Shown: positions 13,524 to 14,683 of the stretch, in pieces
Position numbering within the stretch: the stretch's first letter is position 1
How the letters are laid out: every line of letters begins with the position of its first letter
NCBI GenBank assembly: GCA_013378385.1
Contig: JACAFS010000026.1
Coordinates: 1-14,683 of the forward strand
Reading direction: 5' to 3'
From: Nitrososphaerota archaeon
GTDB taxonomy: Archaea; Thermoproteota; Nitrososphaeria; Nitrososphaerales; UBA57
Length of the DNA: 14,683 nt
Translations under genes and position numbers: made by a program
Notes under the pieces: generated by a model
What the model was told of the DNA's origin: nothing
Databases searched by the model: none
The model's input: only the letters and a program-made list of their open reading frames with translations

Positions 13524-14683
13524 TTGAATAATAAAAAAACATTAATTATTGCAAGCATGGTAATATTTTCAGTATTTTTCATTCTGAATTTTCCAATTGA
13601 TTATCTTGCCTGTTCAGCTTCTACTACTGCATGTAAATTTTTTGATGTTGTAAAGGATGAAGATTCTCAGCAAAATGATTCAACTGAGATTAATGATTCA
13701 GGTGTGAAATTAGATATTGCATTCCCAGAAATTGAAGTAGGTAATTTGATTTATTTAACAACGGCGAATGATGAGTCAGGAAGGATATTTGTTGCAACAA
13801 GAGAAGGAATTATATTTTACATTGAAGAAGATTCGAACAGCATATCACTATTCATAGACATAAGAGAGAAAATTGATCAGGAATTAACTGGAGAGAGAGG
13901 ACTTCTTGGATTTACTTTTGATCAGAATTATATTGATAATGGGTATTTCTATATATACTATATAGATTTTGAGGGTAATTCCGTAATTTCTAGATTTAAA
14001 GATACTAAAAATATTGAATCAATATTCAATACTGAATTAAAGATATTGCAGGTTGATCAGCCATATTCAAATCATAATGGAGGTAGTATTCTAATTGGAC
14101 CTGATGGATACTTGTACATTGCATTTGGAGATGGAGGATCTGGAGGAGATCCATTTCTTAATGGACAAAATGGAAATACATTATTGGGTTCAATATTAAG
14201 AATTGATGTCAGTAGATCTTCAGAAGATAATCGTTATCAAATTCCTAACGATAATCCATTTATCGATAATGATAAGTTTAAAGATGAAATATGGGCATAT
14301 GGTCTACGAAATCCTTGGCGAATGAGTTTTGACATGAAAACTGGAAAATTATTTGTAGGAGATGTTGGACAAGATAATTTTGAAGAAATAAACATAATTG
14401 AGAAAGGTGGAAACTATGGATGGAATATAATGGAAGGCAATAATTGTTTTAACAGTGAAATTTGTAATAAAAATAATCTCATAATGCCAATTATCGAATA
14501 TTCACATAGTGAAGGATGTTCTGTAACTGGAGGATATGTATATCATGGAAAAATCGAGAGTCTAAAAAATAAATATATATTCTCTGATTTTTGCAGTGGA
14601 AATATTTGGACAATTGATCTATCTAATAATGAATATGAGAAAGAAAGATTATTGAAAGGGCCATTTCAAATTTCGTCGTTAGG
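13524..14683 (+). CDS. Secreted or membrane-anchored PQQ-dependent sugar (glucose/sorbosone) dehydrogenase-like beta-propeller, 3'-truncated by the window end
   Basis: This frame is open from 13518 to the window end and is not in the ORF track. My translation contains GERGLLGFTFD, HNGGSILIGPDGYLYIAFGDGGSGGDP, GSILRIDV, NPF, WAYGLRNPWRMSFD, GDVGQDNFEEIN and GGNYGWN, which are GSDH-family motifs. The TTG at 13524 gives a signal-peptide-like N-terminus, MNNKKTLIIASMVIFSVFFILNF. The alternative start is the ATG at 13557. Confidence 0.85.
   Translation, partial: MNNKKTLIIASMVIFSVFFILNFPIDYLACSASTTACKFFDVVKDEDSQQNDSTEINDSGVKLDIAFPEIEVGNLIYLTTANDESGRIFVATREGIIFYIEEDSNSISLFIDIREKIDQELTGERGLLGFTFDQNYIDNGYFYIYYIDFEGNSVISRFKDTKNIESIFNTELKILQVDQPYSNHNGGSILIGPDGYLYIAFGDGGSGGDPFLNGQNGNTLLGSILRIDVSRSSEDNRYQIPNDNPFIDNDKFKDEIWAYGLRNPWRMSFDMKTGKLFVGDVGQDNFEEINIIEKGGNYGWNIMEGNNCFNSEICNKNNLIMPIIEYSHSEGCSVTGGYVYHGKIESLKNKYIFSDFCSGNIWTIDLSNNEYEKERLLKGPFQISSL

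Noticed and set aside
1-14683. Search for CRISPR arrays, IS or transposon ends, integrase genes, long direct repeats, or toxin-antitoxin/defence cassettes
   Set aside because: I saw no repeat-spacer periodicity, no terminal inverted repeats flanking genes and no recombinase-like ORFs. Every ORF longer than 80 aa is accounted for by a housekeeping family. The window looks like core chromosome rather than an accessory island.

Overview
This is a visibly AT-rich, densely packed archaeal chromosomal segment with no mobile elements, CRISPR arrays or rRNA. The gene content is an ESCRT-III/Vps4 (Cdv) division module, an archaeal histone, ribosomal protein eS17, archaeal-type TIM and AspRS, KEOPS Cgi121, Fap7 and deoxyhypusine synthase. 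This combination points to Nitrososphaerota (Thaumarchaeota), probably a mesophilic Nitrosopumilales-like lineage; that assignment is inference only. I call 16 protein genes. One is a PQQ-type sugar dehydrogenase that is absent from the ORF track because it starts at TTG and runs off the window end. I also call 2 tRNA genes: tRNA-Glu(CUC), and a truncated tRNA-Cys(GCA) at the left edge. Most of the window is ordinary housekeeping. Four things deserve a second look. (1) A compact cdvB / divergent cdvB-winged-helix / cdvC cluster with no cdvA, with a hairpin plus T7 tract between the two ESCRT-III paralogues. (2) A small Gly-Gly-terminated beta-grasp (MoaD/ThiS/SAMP-like) gene that overlaps rps17e upstream and cgi121 downstream. 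(3) Both tRNA genes carry ~16-nt insertions in the D-loop, which are putative non-canonical introns. (4) TATA-like boxes sit 31-33 nt upstream of start codons and tRNA 5' ends, implying leaderless mRNAs and supporting several start-site corrections. All functional calls come from motif recognition by eye. No database search was run.
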